Shown: one piece after another, positions 23,430 to 35,342 of the stretch
Position numbering within the stretch: the stretch's first letter is position 1
How the letters are laid out: every line of letters begins with the position of its first letter
Assembly (NCBI GenBank): GCA_003971905.1
Contig: RSEE01000049.1
Location: 62,001-126,000, forward strand
Source of the DNA: Moniliella sp. 'wahieum'
Taxonomy: Eukaryota
Direction of reading: 5' to 3'
DNA length: 64,000 nucleotides
The notes under the pieces: generated by a model
What the model was told of the DNA's origin: nothing
What the model saw: only the letters and a program-made list of their open reading frames with translations
Databases searched by the model: none
Position numbers and translations under genes: made by a program

Positions 23430-25190
23430 TTACATTTCTGAAATCATTGAACCATATCACCCTTGTATCACGTTGGAAAACGCTGAATATGTTTTTCGGT
23501 CACTCAGTTGTCCTTTTAAACCCAGTGTGGAGCAAAACTCGCCATTGGTTACACAACGATGATGTGCTCCCGGGCAAATTAGCAAGTCGTGTAATAGCAA
23601 GAACGTTCATTCTCAGTGGTGCACGCTGAATAGCTAGCATTAACCAGCGGGGGAAACAGAAAGAGCAGGGTGAGCAAGAGACCCCTTTTTTCCGTTCTTG
23701 ATCTAAGTTTTTTGGTCCTAGTCTAACAAACGGGAACGGTTCTTAACCGTCATACACACTCTCCTTATACGTAGTATTAGTACTGAGTGGATCCCAGGAC
23801 AAGAACGGATACGCGCTACACCTTCATCACAACTCGAACTTCACTTGATGGTCATCAAGCGCAAAATCACCGACCGAGAGTACAGGATGTTTTTGTTGAA
23901 GTCTTCTGCACGCCGGTTTGTACCTGACATCGGTACCTTCAGTGCTGTTTGATCAAAACTGGTGTGGACATCTTTAGTAGGTCCGGTTCTTGTTTGTGAG
24001 AGCTGTCTTCGTCTTGCTACACAGTACTAGCCATCTCTGATATCGATCTGATAATCTGACCATGCTGTTTTCCCTGTGCATCCAATGGGCTTTTGAAGGT
24101 CCGTTTTGCGGCCTTCAACTGTTGAAGGGATCTATCATGCCCCCCCCAAAAAATCACATGTAGCACGATCTCGTGAACGATGTGGATTGTGGTGCAACCA
24201 GAGGCCCACTGGACACGGTTTTCTGCAGGAGGCAGGAGAAAAAGTGGAGGTCAAGCCATCACATATTGCATCACCAAGATTTTAATACCTTCTTACCAAT
24301 AGAATACAACATCGGCTCGTGCCCCATTAGAGATAGATAGATTCGCAGCAGTGTATCCGACTTTTCTGAGGCTTCTGCAAACGCTCATTGAACGTTGATT
24401 ATCAACGAGTATAGTAGTGAAGTATATACTAACAGGAGCGATGCCTGGCTGCTATACTGGTTAACATCTACTATATATACCCCACGCAATCGACTTTTTC
24501 CTCTTCTCTTTGCCCCAATTCATGTCTTCCAACAAGAGTGTTTGCGACTACACGCTCTTTTGATCCCTGGAGCGCTTTTGAGAGAAGGCCCACTTTCGAT
24601 CAGCCCGCTTGCTTTCCTTGTCCATCGGAGCTGTCTTCGCGCTTTCACGTCCGGAACCTCTAACAAGCAATCCAACCTATATGTCAGACGCTGATGGGAC
24701 ACACACACACAAACATATCCACCGGCTCCCACAGGAAGCCAGCAACCCACAGTCACTACAGTACGTGCCCGCATACACCTGCCCCGGGCGGTGCGATCCC
24801 TCCCACCTGGTGAGGGATGTGAGGAGCGAATTGAGTTGGCAGAACGCAAACACAACCCAATCTTTCTCAGACAGGTTGTTGCAGAGGGAGAACCGTATTG
24901 GCCGCAGATCACATGGATCACAACGGGGAGAAGCTTGAAGCTTGAGGAAGGGATGGGATCCAGTACATGAGGGCAGCCCAGGCACCAAAAGATTTCAAAT
25001 TTCCGCTGGCTGCAGCTGGTGAATATTGAATGCGCTCGAAATGGCCAGTAGAGTAGATAGAACGCAGTCCCATTGCACCGAACCGAATTTTTTCCCCTTC
25101 GGCAGTGTACAAGCAGTCTATAAAAAAACAGTGCCAGCCCGCTTGCCCGTCGCTCCACCCTCACACCACTACCCCACCCCAAAACCCACC

Positions 25191-26542
25191 ATGGCTGCAC
25201 CTCCTGTTGAACTGTTTGCGATGCGCATTGAGCCGGGCGAGCCGGTTCCCGTTGACACGGAGGGTGTGGTGATCACCAACGTGTGCTTTGCTTCGGACGC
25301 TCCGGCCAAGGGCACGACTATCCTCAAGTTGCACCACGTCAAGGTCTCGGACGACTGGGACTCGGACGACGAGATCGACTCGGACGCCGACGACGATGAC
25401 GAGGAGATGGAGGAGGCGCCTCAAAAGGCCCCCAAAGGCAAGAAGGGGAAGGCGGCTGAGCCTGAGTCTGAGTCGGAGGACGAAGACGAAGACGATGACG
25501 ACCTGGGGGGGAAGTGGAGGAGAAGGAGTATGCTGTTGCCCGTCTCACCGCCGGCCACACGGAGCAGGTGACGCTCAACCTCCAGATCTCGTCGGAGGAA
25601 TTGGTTGCGCTGAGTGTCGCCGGGGCTAAGCAGGCGGTGGACGTGATTGGCTCGTACCTTGCTCCCCCTCCTGGGTTTGACGAGGAGCCTTCGTCGGATG
25701 AGGAGATCACCTCGGATGAGGACAGCGAGGATGAGGGTGAGCTTTCTTCCGGAGAGGACGACGACGACGAAGAGGAGGAGGAGGAGGATCTGGGGTCGAT
25801 CCCGAAGAGTTTTCCGACGCGGACAACGACACTGACGCCCTCTCGTTGCGTGCAGACTTGAAGCGCATCCTGGCCGGGGGCGATGTTTCGGATGAGGAAG
25901 ATGCGTCGGGCCGGATCGAGGAGCTGAAGGAGCCTGAACCCGCCAAGACGACTGGGAAGCGTGCGCGCGCCCAGGAGGAGGACGGGGATGTGACCCATCC
26001 CGATTTGGCTGCGGCCGCGGCGGCCGAAGGCCTGGACCCTAACGCACTCTCCAAGGGACAGAAGAAGCGGCTGAACAAGAAGCTGCGTGCGCAGAACGGG
26101 GAGGCGGCTGAGGCTCCCCAAGCTCCGGCCGAAAAGAAGATTGAGAAGAAGGAGGAGAAGAAGGAGGAGAAGAAGCCGAAGAAGAGCGACAAGCCCGAGG
26201 AGGAATCTTCTTCCAAGCGCACGCTCGAGGGCGGCTTGGTTGTCGAGGACAAGAAGGTTGGCACCGGGCCGGTCGCCAAGAAGGGCGCGCGGATCTCGAT
26301 GCGCTACGTGGGCAAGCTCACGTCGGGCAAGATTTTTGACCAGAACACGAGCCAAGCCGTTTGCCTTCCGTCTGGGTGCTGGGCAGGTGATCAAGGGCTG
26401 GGACGTTGGCGTGGCCGGGATGCGGGGGGCGGCGAACGCCGCCTGACCATCCCGCCTGCGATGGGCTACGGCCGCAGCGGCGCGGGGCCGATCCCCGCGA
26501 ACGCGACGCTGGGTTTGATGTGAAGCTGGGGGGACCAAGTAA
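25191..26542 (+). CDS. FPR4: Nucleolar FKBP peptidyl-prolyl isomerase (nucleoplasmin-like N-terminus, acidic and basic tracts, C-terminal FKBP domain)
   Basis: N-terminal NPL-like domain with acidic loops. C-terminal motifs: GGLVVEDKKVGTGPVAKKGARISMRYVGKL, PFAFRLGAGQVIKGWDVGVAGM, ERRLTIPPAMGYG, IPANATLxFDVKL. TATAAAA at 25119-25125. Could equally be labelled FPR3. Confidence 0.92.
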
Positions 26543-26596
26543 AAAGGATGCTGCATGTTTGCAAGTGAGACGGTCGAGTTTGCCTGTGAGATGGAC

Positions 26597-26755
26597 GGAC
26601 GGACAGAAGACAGAAGACAGAAGACGAAGACAGAAGACGAAGACAGAAGACGAAGACAGAAGACAACCTAACAGGCAGGCAACTGACAGAGAGACAGACA
26701 CACTGACAGAGAGACAGACACACTGACAAAGAGACAGACACTCTGACAGACAGAC
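26597..26755. repeat. GA-rich microsatellite (GACAGAA / GACGAA) grading into a 20-bp repeat GACAGAGAGACAGACACACT
   Basis: Directly visible low-complexity repeats between the FKBP and vigilin genes. Confidence 0.85.
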
Positions 26756-27006
26756 CTACACACGGAAGAGGTGCTCCTCCTACTACACCCCATCGTCAGT
26801 GCTCGGCCCAAACGCATCGTTCGGTGGATCGTCGTTCAGACGTCAGCATCCCACCCGCCAAAGAAGACCCACGTCACAGTGGCGCCGTGCCGCGCACGCC
26901 ATGTGGTGCAAGACGGGCGTGCTAGGGTTGCCACGTCGCCCCCCGCCGAATGCATTAACTTCCTGGCCGCCCGCCGCCGCCTTCTGCCCCCACCTGTTCC
27001 ATCGCC

Positions 27007-30000
27007 ATGGTTACGGCCGCTGAGCTCGAGGCTGCGCACGCTGCCGCCGCGCATGCCACGCTGACGCCGCCGTCAGCGCCCCTGCTGTCGACCCCTTCCC
27101 GGCGCTGCCCGTCGTCGACCCCTTCCCTTCGCTCGGCGGACGCAGCGTCGGTGTGTTGCCCGCCACTCCCGCCGCCCCTGCCGCTGCGCGTGCCGGCCCT
27201 GCGCAGGCGGCTGCCCCGCCGACGGCGGAAGACTTCCCCGCCCTCGGGGGCCCCGTGCGTGCGCCCGTCTGGACCGGAAGCCCCCCGTCATCCACCGCAC
27301 CAAGCACACCACCACCCTTGTCCTCCCCACCACCCCCGCCCTGGCGAGCAAGGTCCCGCAGGTGCTTGCCGTCTGCGCGCCAAGTACGGTGGCCCTACCC
27401 ACACGGCCAACACGGGTCTCGGTGCCCACGCCAATGCCGTGACGATCGAGGCGAGCACGACGCAGAAGCTGCAGACGACCACCTTTATTCTCCGCAGCGC
27501 AAGTGAGAAGGCTCTGGCGGCTGCCAAGAAGGAGCTCAGCACCTCCTTGGCTCAGCACGTCGTCCTTTCCGTGCCCATCCGGCCGGTCTGCGTGCGCATG
27601 TGATTGCGCCAAGGGCAAGACGCTCCGTGCTATTACCGATGCCACCGGAGTGAAGGTCAACATCCCCAAGGCCACCTCGGATGCGCCTGTGCACGATGAG
27701 GACGATTGGGCCAACGCCGAGCAAATTGACGTGACGATCGAGGGCGATGAGATCAATGCGCGTGCTGCCCGCGACCAGATCCTTGCCCTGGTTGCAGAGC
27801 GCACCAGCAAGATCACCCAGCGCCTGACGGACATTGACCGTGTCTATTTCCCCTTCTTGGCCGGGCCCAAGAACAGCGGCACGGTTCAGCTCGAGTCCGA
27901 CCCGAGCTGGGCAATGGCGAGATCAAAGTTCGTATTCCTCCCCTGCCGCTTTCCTCCCGCCCAAAGAGGGTGCTTCCCGGGCGAGCGCGAGCGCGACCTT
28001 TCGCTTGTTGTGTCTGGTGAGCGGGATGCGGTGCAGCGCGTTGTCGCCCACATCCAACGCCAGGTGGCCGACATGAAGCGCACCTACAAGACATTGGCTC
28101 TGCAACTTCCCAAGCGTCAGCACCGTTTCCTCGTGGGTGAGAATGCGGCAGATGTGCTGGCGCAGACGGGGTGCAGCATTGAAATTGCTCCGGCTTCGGA
28201 CAAGTCGGATGTGGTGACGCTGCGTGGCCCGGCGGCCGCGCTGCCCGTCGGCCTGAGCGCGACGATTACCAAGGCCAATGCGGTTGCTGTGGAGAGCGCC
28301 GATTTGGCCGCCGGGGCCGATGCGGCGCATGCGGCCGTGCTGGCGCGCTGGCTGCGTACCGGTCACCTTCCTAGCGCCGAGGGCGTTCAGGTTTTCCTCC
28401 CCCGCGAAGGCAGTACCGAGGTGGAAATTACCGGTGCCGATGCTGAGGCTGTAGCCAAGGCGCGCGCTGAGGTGGAGCAACTGGTGCTTACGCACCCGCC
28501 CAGCACTGTGGGACGCTTGACCATTGATCCCCTTTTGTACCGCCACATCATTGGCAAGAAGGCGTCCAACCTCAAGAAGTACGAGGCGCAGCATGTCAAT
28601 GTTCTCTTCCCTCCTGAGGCGAACGCGCTGGAGACCGACGACCCTGCGGCATCGGAGGTGGTGCTTGTTTACACCCCGCCCGCTGGGGGCTCGTCGAGCG
28701 ATGCGGCAGCTGCCCTTGCATCGGTGCAGGAACAGCTCGAGGCTACGGCGGCCACGGTGGCGGACATGGAGTCTTTGACTCTGCGGGTGTGCCTGCCAAG
28801 CTGCATCGCGCGATCCTCGGCCCGAACGGGACCACGCTCAATGCCCTGATTGGCGAAGAGAAGGCCGTGGCTGTCACGCTTGGCTCGACGGGTAAGAAGA
28901 GTGTGGCGGAGGACGAGATTGTGGTGCGTGGGCCGTCGACGGAAGCCCACCGCGTCGCTGAGGCCATTAAGAAGTTGGCTGAAGAGGCGGAGCAAGATGC
29001 CATCGTCAATGGGTTCCAGGCCACGTTGCAGGTGGAGGCAGCCTATGTCCCTCACCTGATCGGGAAGAACGGTGCGGCAATCAGCAAGCTGCGTGACGAG
29101 TTGGGCGTTAAGGTCGATGTGGGCGATGCCACCGAGGGTGCTGCGAAGAAGCCGGGTGCCTGTGATCCTTACTGGCCGCAAGGAGAATGTCGGGGAGGCA
29201 GAGCGGCGACTGCGCGCGCAGTGGAACGTCTGGAGGATGAGACGAGCCTCACGCTCAAGGTGGACCCTTCGCTCCATGGCTCGCTGATTGGGCAGGGTGG
29301 CAAATATGTGACCCGCTTGCAAGAGAAGTACGCCGTCCGCATTATCTTCCCCCGCTCCTCGGCTGAAGAAGAGGAGGAGGACAGCGAGGAGGACAGCAAG
29401 CGCAAGCAAAAGGCCGACGAGGTGATCCTCCGTGGCGGCAAGAAGGGCGTGGCTTCCGCCAAGGCCGAACTTCTTGAACTGGCTGCCTACGAAGCCGAGC
29501 ACAACAATGCTCTCACCCTTCCCGTGCCCCCGGCAGCTGTGGCGCGCATTCTGGGTCGTGCTGGCTCGAACATTGCCCAACTGCGGGAGGAGTCAGGAGC
29601 GCAGATTGACCTGGACCACGTGCGGGATGCAGAGCAGGGGCAAGTCAAGATCCGTGGAACCAAGGAGGCGATCGCCAAAGCACGCAAGGAAATCGAGAAG
29701 ATCGTCGCAGAGGTGGGCCAGGAGGTTACCTACAGTATGTGTTCCTCCGTGCGTGTCATCATGGCGTGTGAAACTGACACTTTGAATAGCCGTCGAGGTT
29801 CCTTCGACGTTGCACGGCCAGCTGATTGGTGTCCGTGGCAGCGGGGTGCGGGACCTTGTGATCCGTGCCGGCGGGGACGAAAACCTGGCAATGCAGTATG
29901 TCTCATTCCCGCGCCGGGGGAGCGAAAAGTCGGACGAAGTGGTTGTGCGTGCGCCGGCCGGAGTCGCAAGCAAGATCAAGGCCGAGCTGGAGAAGGCCGC

Positions 30001-30776
30001 CGAACAGCGGCTGCGCGCGCAGCCGAGGTGACGAAGGGTGTGCGTGTTCCTACTGGGCAGCACCGCAACCTCATCGGCCGTGGCGGCAGCCGGCTGCGTG
30101 AGTTTGAAGCGGAGCACCATGTACGCGTGTTCTTCCCAGGCTCGAAGCTGTACGCCTCGGCGCCGGGGCCGGTGAATGCGTCGGATCTGGAGGGGGCTCC
30201 GGCCGAGGAAATTGTCAAGGTGCGTGGCTCACCCGAAGCGGTGGAGGCGGCCGGCGCGGCGCTGAGCAAATCGGCTGCGCCTGGTGTGAGCAAGGAGATC
30301 CAGGTGCCCGCCGCGTTGTCGCGGCAGGTCGCCAGCCTCAAGCTGCTCCGCTCGCTCCGCTCGGACTCGAACGTGACCGTGGATCTGCCCAGGGGGGGAG
30401 CGAGCAATGGCACGGCTGCACGGATCGACGACGAGCCGGAGGTGGGCGAGCTGACGGTGTCGGAGGGGACCTGACGACGACGGTGACCTGGACGCTGCAC
30501 GGGAAGGACGAGGCGGCGCTGGAGCGGGCGGCAGGCGAAGTGGAGCTGGCGGTGGAGGAGGCGCGGGTGGGAGGCGCGTACCAGGGCACACTCGTGGTGC
30601 CGCCGAGCGCGGCGGGGATGGTGGTGGGGCGGCAGGGGGACGCTGAGACGCTGGAGAGCGAGACGGGGGCGCGGATCACGGTTGCGCGCGAGGGGGGCGT
30701 GATCAGCCTGTCTGGCTCCGAGGAGGCCATCCGCGAGGCGGCGGAGCGGATCCGGGACATTGTGGAGCGCGACTAG
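27007..30776 (+). CDS. SCP160: Vigilin / Scp160-like multi-KH-domain RNA-binding protein
   Basis: More than 10 KH GxxG motifs (e.g. HRFLVGEN, YRHIIGKKASN, HRAILGPNGTT, PHLIGKNGAA, HGSLIGQGGKY, ARILGRAGSN, HGQLIGVRGSG, HRNLIGRGGSR) and an N-terminal EDFPALG motif. Intron 29735-29789. Frameshifted. Confidence 0.92.
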
Positions 30777-31153
30777 GCGTCGGCTCTGCCAAAACTGCCA
30801 AAATGTGCATGTGCCACCTATCGTCAATGGGTCATTTCGATGCAATCGTGGATGATGGGGGCGTGGATAGGTTGTGTCCCGCGTGCCTTAGACTGCTCTT
30901 GACTGCTCTTCTGTGCAACACGGCCGGCGATGGTGCGTGTCCATTGGGCTGCCGAGGCAGTGGCTGAGGGGGGCGGCGCAGAGAAGCAGAGCGACACTTT
31001 GAGAGGCTAGTTGGGCAGCGATTAGATTCATGAATCCAGGTACCATCTACAGCCGAGAGCGAGTCGGCGGACTTAATGGGCAGCCGAGAACGTTGCGCCA
31101 TCCTACTTTGCTGCCAATACGACAATAGCAGTACAAGAGTGAAGGATACAACT

Positions 31154-31252
31154 GGTCGATTAGCTCAGTTGGTCAGAGCGTGGTACTAATACATCCACTT
31201 GTTCGGAGTGTTGGTAATGCCAAGGTCATGAGTTCAAGCCTCATATTGACCA
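31154..31252 (+). tRNA. tRNA-Ile(AAT) with 25-nt intron (31192-31216)
   Basis: Acceptor GGTCGAT/ATTGACC, D arm TAGCTCAGTTGGTCAGAGC, anticodon stem TGGTA/TGCCA, GTTCAAGCC and a following T-run. Confidence 0.93.
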
Positions 31253-32321
31253 TTTTTTTTCTCTATCAAATTATCAAACGCCCCCAAGATACCCATTGAC
31301 CCTTGGAGCCATCCACAGGCACCAGCGGGAAGCTCGCCCCCGGCGTTCTCGCTCGTGGATGGCTCTGAGTAACCTTCTACCATGCTGTGAGAGCGAGTTT
31401 TCGCAGTGGAATGTTGCTGAATATGTTGTGCGTTTTTAGAAAGTTTTTCCTCGTCCTCTCTCTCGCTCCCTTCCTAGTTACTAGTTACTGTCCATATGCT
31501 GAGCGTTTTTTGATGGTATGACTCACCACTAGCCTCTGCTTGCGCACCACTTCCTGCAGTCACCATCCGTCAGCGCCCGAGCCCCAGAGGCCTTGAGGGT
31601 AATAGTAGAGCATGGTTGTGGTAGAAAAAGAAGGCACAACAACACTACAACAGTCGCCACACCTCCCCGCGACTATATCGGTGCATATAGATATATGTGA
31701 GAGGTACACCAGATCAATTGGCGTATTCGAAAGGTATCTTTATGAACCACAAGTCCCTCATGCATCATGCCGTATGCGTGGAGATATCGTTGATGACCTT
31801 TGAGTTGCTGGGAGAACGATGAACGTGCTAGTAGCTTGGTGTTCAAGCACCTATCTTTGATTGATAAGGAAGCTTGAAGCTTGATTCGTGATGCATTGTG
31901 CCTGGGCGAACGATGGAGACTCATCCCCGAGTCCTCGATTGCTGCCTCAGCAAGACAACCCTGAGGCTGTATACAGCCGTATGTTGAAACGGGCACCGCC
32001 CTTGTGCCCACCTCAATTGGCACCAATGATGATGACACGAGGACGTTGATAACGACGAGCGTCGAGCGCTCCTGGGCAAAGTGCCCAGTCTCCACTCAAT
32101 TCCAGCAGGCACAGCCGTCGAGCACTCTGGAGTACCCAGCCTCCGCAATGCCATCAGGCACTGGGTCGCCCACGGCTGTCACATCAAAACCCTAGAAGGA
32201 CAAGCGACTTTTGTAAAGGAAATCTATGAGGCGGAAACAAGAACTATAATCACAGTTGCGTTGGTCTAATCAAACACAGACCCTCCGGCGTTTCTCGCTC
32301 TCCTTGCTTCCTTCATCCACC

Positions 32322-34041
32322 ATGCTCGGCCTTGTTAGGCTTCTGGCCAAGGTCGGCCGCTGTCGAGAGGACTATATGCGCCTCTTAAGTGAACCTGCCC
32401 ATCTACTCCCTTCCTGTGGGTCGCAGAGGGAGCCCCAGAAGGAGAATCTTTCAAGGACAAGCCCCAGCGATCCCTCTACTCTTCCCACGACGATCCCCAG
32501 CAATCCCTCTACTGGCCGGACCCGCACTCTACGGGAACAAGTGCAAAGGCTGGCGCTGCCACTCCTGTTGAGCGTCTTTATCGCTACCTCACTCTTGCTT
32601 GCATGGAGCGGGATACTGAACCAACTGGCACGGGAAAAATATCCTAGTTTTAGCCCGCTTTACCGTGGCGAACGACAATGGGGCACGTCCCTCTAGGCGA
32701 GTGGTCTAGTGGACGAGGCGGGCTTCCGGCGAACAAACAAGACCGGCACACCATGTCCATGCAATGTGTCAATGGGAGTTCCCTGCGCTCATGCCGCAGC
32801 TGGCGAGCAACACTCAGGCCTGGCTCGCCAAGGGGGGGATTCAGTATGCGAATGTGCAACGGACCGCGGCCACGGTCAAGAAGGAGGGAGATCGGTGGGG
32901 TGCAGCCCATCTGGTGCTATACCAAAACCGTTTGTACGTGCGGGGTCTTCAGGTAGGCACCGACTCGCGCATCCTGGGCGTGCTGAGCCTGGTGTACCAG
33001 GCCATTGTCGCCAGCCCTCACACATTGCCGGACACGGAATGGGTGGTGAGCACGGCCGACAAAGATGGTGCTGCTGATGAACCGAGTGCGTGGGTGCTAG
33101 CCACCCCGACAGCCGACGCGCCAGACAAGGGACAATGGTTGGCGCCCGACTTTGGGTTTGCCGGATGGCCCGAGGCGGGAATCATGGGGATGGGAGACTA
33201 CATGATGCTGGCGGACAACGTGACGGAACGCCATCCATGGGGTGGGCGACAAAGTCGAGCTTTCTGGCGGGGATATGCGAATTGGTATCCGGTGCGTTTG
33301 GACCTTCTGGAGCGAGCACGGAACGATACGTCGCACCGCCTCTTTGATGTAAAAGAGACGTCATTCCATCACGACCCGGGGCTTGCGCAGCCCATTCCCA
33401 TGCAAGAGCATTGTGCGCACAAGTTTCTTATCCAGTCTGAAGGCAACTCGTATTCGGGACGAGGCAAGTACTTACTCAGTTGCCGATCCGTCGTCATCGC
33501 CCATCCTCCCGAGTGGACCCAGCACTTCCATCCTGCCTTGGTCCCCAACCCAGAATCCCCGGATCGCAATATCGTCCTCCTCCCTGGCCCGTATTTTGAA
33601 GAGGTAGAGCAAACTCTGGATGAACTGCAAGAAAAGGACCAAGTGGCACAGAAGATTGCAGACAATACCTATCGACAATGCGGCAGCGTACGCTCTCCCA
33701 ATTTCCTCTTTGTTCCATCCCTCGTGATGTTCGTACTGACCATCGACAAACAACACAGGCTACCTAACCCCAGCTGCTACGAGCTGCTATGTGCGCGCCT
33801 TGATTGAGGCGTACGCGGCATCGCAAGTATTAGAAACTTGGCCCGTCCGGCATACCACTATCTTGTCCAATTCTCCCGGGGACCATACCCACGGCCTGGA
33901 CCGGGCGCTGGCGTGGTGCCAGGTGGAGGCCGGGGAACCTCAGTCACCTGGCGGGAAGGGCAAGATATCGAGTACGTGACCTGGCTCTTGTCAGGCCAGC
34001 CTCAGTGGCCTCCGCGCCCCCCTTCAAATCAAAGCCATTGA
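32322..34041 (+). CDS. Glycosyltransferase family 90 (CAP10 / DUF821; Cxt1-related) type II membrane protein
   Basis: Motifs: WLAPDFGFAGWPE, PWGGRQSRAFWRG, IPMQEHCAHKFLIQSEGNSYSGRGKYLLSCRSVVIAH, WTQHFHPAL, AQKIADN..YLTPAATSCYVRALIEAYA. Single TM segment LALPLLLSVFIATSLLLAW upstream. Intron about 33688-33758. Start codon uncertain. Confidence 0.85.
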
Positions 34042-34206
34042 GGTCCCTTTTGGTACGGTATTGGGTATTGTGAAAACACATGACAACGAGGGTGAGGCAG
34101 GACTTGCCCACAATTTGGTACATTGACTTCAACCGATGAACGAAAGCGAACAATCTTAATCAAAAATTTAAAAGTATTGTGTCTATTGTTTCAGATGTAT
34201 CAACTT

Positions 34207-34293
34207 GGGCGGATAGCTCAGTTGGTAGAGCGCACGCTTCGCATTACACTTGGCGTCTGTGTGAGGTCTGGGGTTCGATTCCCTATTCGTCCA
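34207..34293 (+). tRNA. tRNA-Ala(CGC) with 14-nt intron (34244-34257)
   Basis: Acceptor GGGCGGA/TTCGTCC with the G3:U70 Ala identity pair, anticodon stem CACGC/GTGTG, GGTTCGATTCC and a T7 terminator. Confidence 0.93.
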
Positions 34294-34610
34294 TTTTTTT
34301 GCTACATGCACGTGTTACCAGAGGACATGAACGAAGTCTCGAACAGATGGAATGGTAGCAAAGCAGTTGGGGCGCCACATTGGTGTAGTAGCGCCGGTAG
34401 CCCAAGCCTGGAACTTCCCGGTTCATTCCTTTTCCAATATTCTCCTTCCTGGAGGGCAGGAATATTCTCTAGCCTCTCCGTAGCTCTCATGTGAAATGTG
34501 CTCTGATCTTCTACAGTATTATTGCAATCCTTTCAACAAGGAGAATCAGACATTCCTGCATTAGTTGTTCCGATGCTGGCCTGTTTTTACTGATCATCGG
34601 GGGATTTTAA

Positions 34611-34798
34611 TGTCCACACTGGCACGCGCTACCTAGAGAGGGTACGGGACCAAATGGCGAGAACCAGAGGGTCCTGATATCCTGGCGATCCCCCTGGTTC
34701 CTTAACCTTGGTGACGCTTCCAAGTAACCCCGCAAGATGAACGGGTCGGTTTAGACGTAGCGTTTCCCCTGTCCCAGCCTTAAGCTCTGTCAATGACA
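34611..34798. repeat. Dispersed repeat family B copy 2 (TGTC..GACA termini, solo-LTR-like)
   Basis: Similar to 10980-11160. It has 4-bp inverted termini TGTC/GACA, but no TSD is visible. Confidence 0.7.
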
Positions 34799-35342
34799 TG
34801 GACGCAGAGATGACAGAAATGCAGATGATCTCATTGTTCGAAGTGATCACATTGAACGTTGGTCCGATGAAGCTGTAAGCGTAGTTCGAGAAAACAAACG
34901 GCAGCTAAATATAAGGAGGCGCCTCTCAAGAACCTCTCACGGCGGCGGCAAGCGTCTTAAGCAAAGCTACAAAGGCCAATCGCTCAAGCAATTTCACACA
35001 ACAAATGGACCAAAGACGGTATGATTGTTTGAGTGATAAAACACGGATGAACGGGGGAGCCAGGAGTTGAGAAATTCACAAGAGATCATGCTGAGAGAAC
35101 GGTTCCAGAAGCACAAGGGAATGGGGAGAGAGGTGTGTTCGGTGTGGCACGATCGACCCGATTTTAAAGGGAGGCCAAATAGTTCGAGCAAAGAGTGTCT
35201 TGTCTATATCGTACCAGCTGACAGTGCATCCATCTGATACAACACGAAGAGAGTTTGTGGTGCGCATCCAGCACAGTCGCAAAAATTGTTCAGCGCGGCG
35301 AGTTGCACGGGGAATGAAAATGGTTGAGAGAAAAGAGAGGGT

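Noticed and set aside
25806..25855. Apparent intron in the FKBP gene (CTGAC..TGCAG)
   Set aside because: No good donor site. The segment translates sensibly as acidic linker (VDPEEFSDADNDTDALSLRADLK) after a G-run frameshift.
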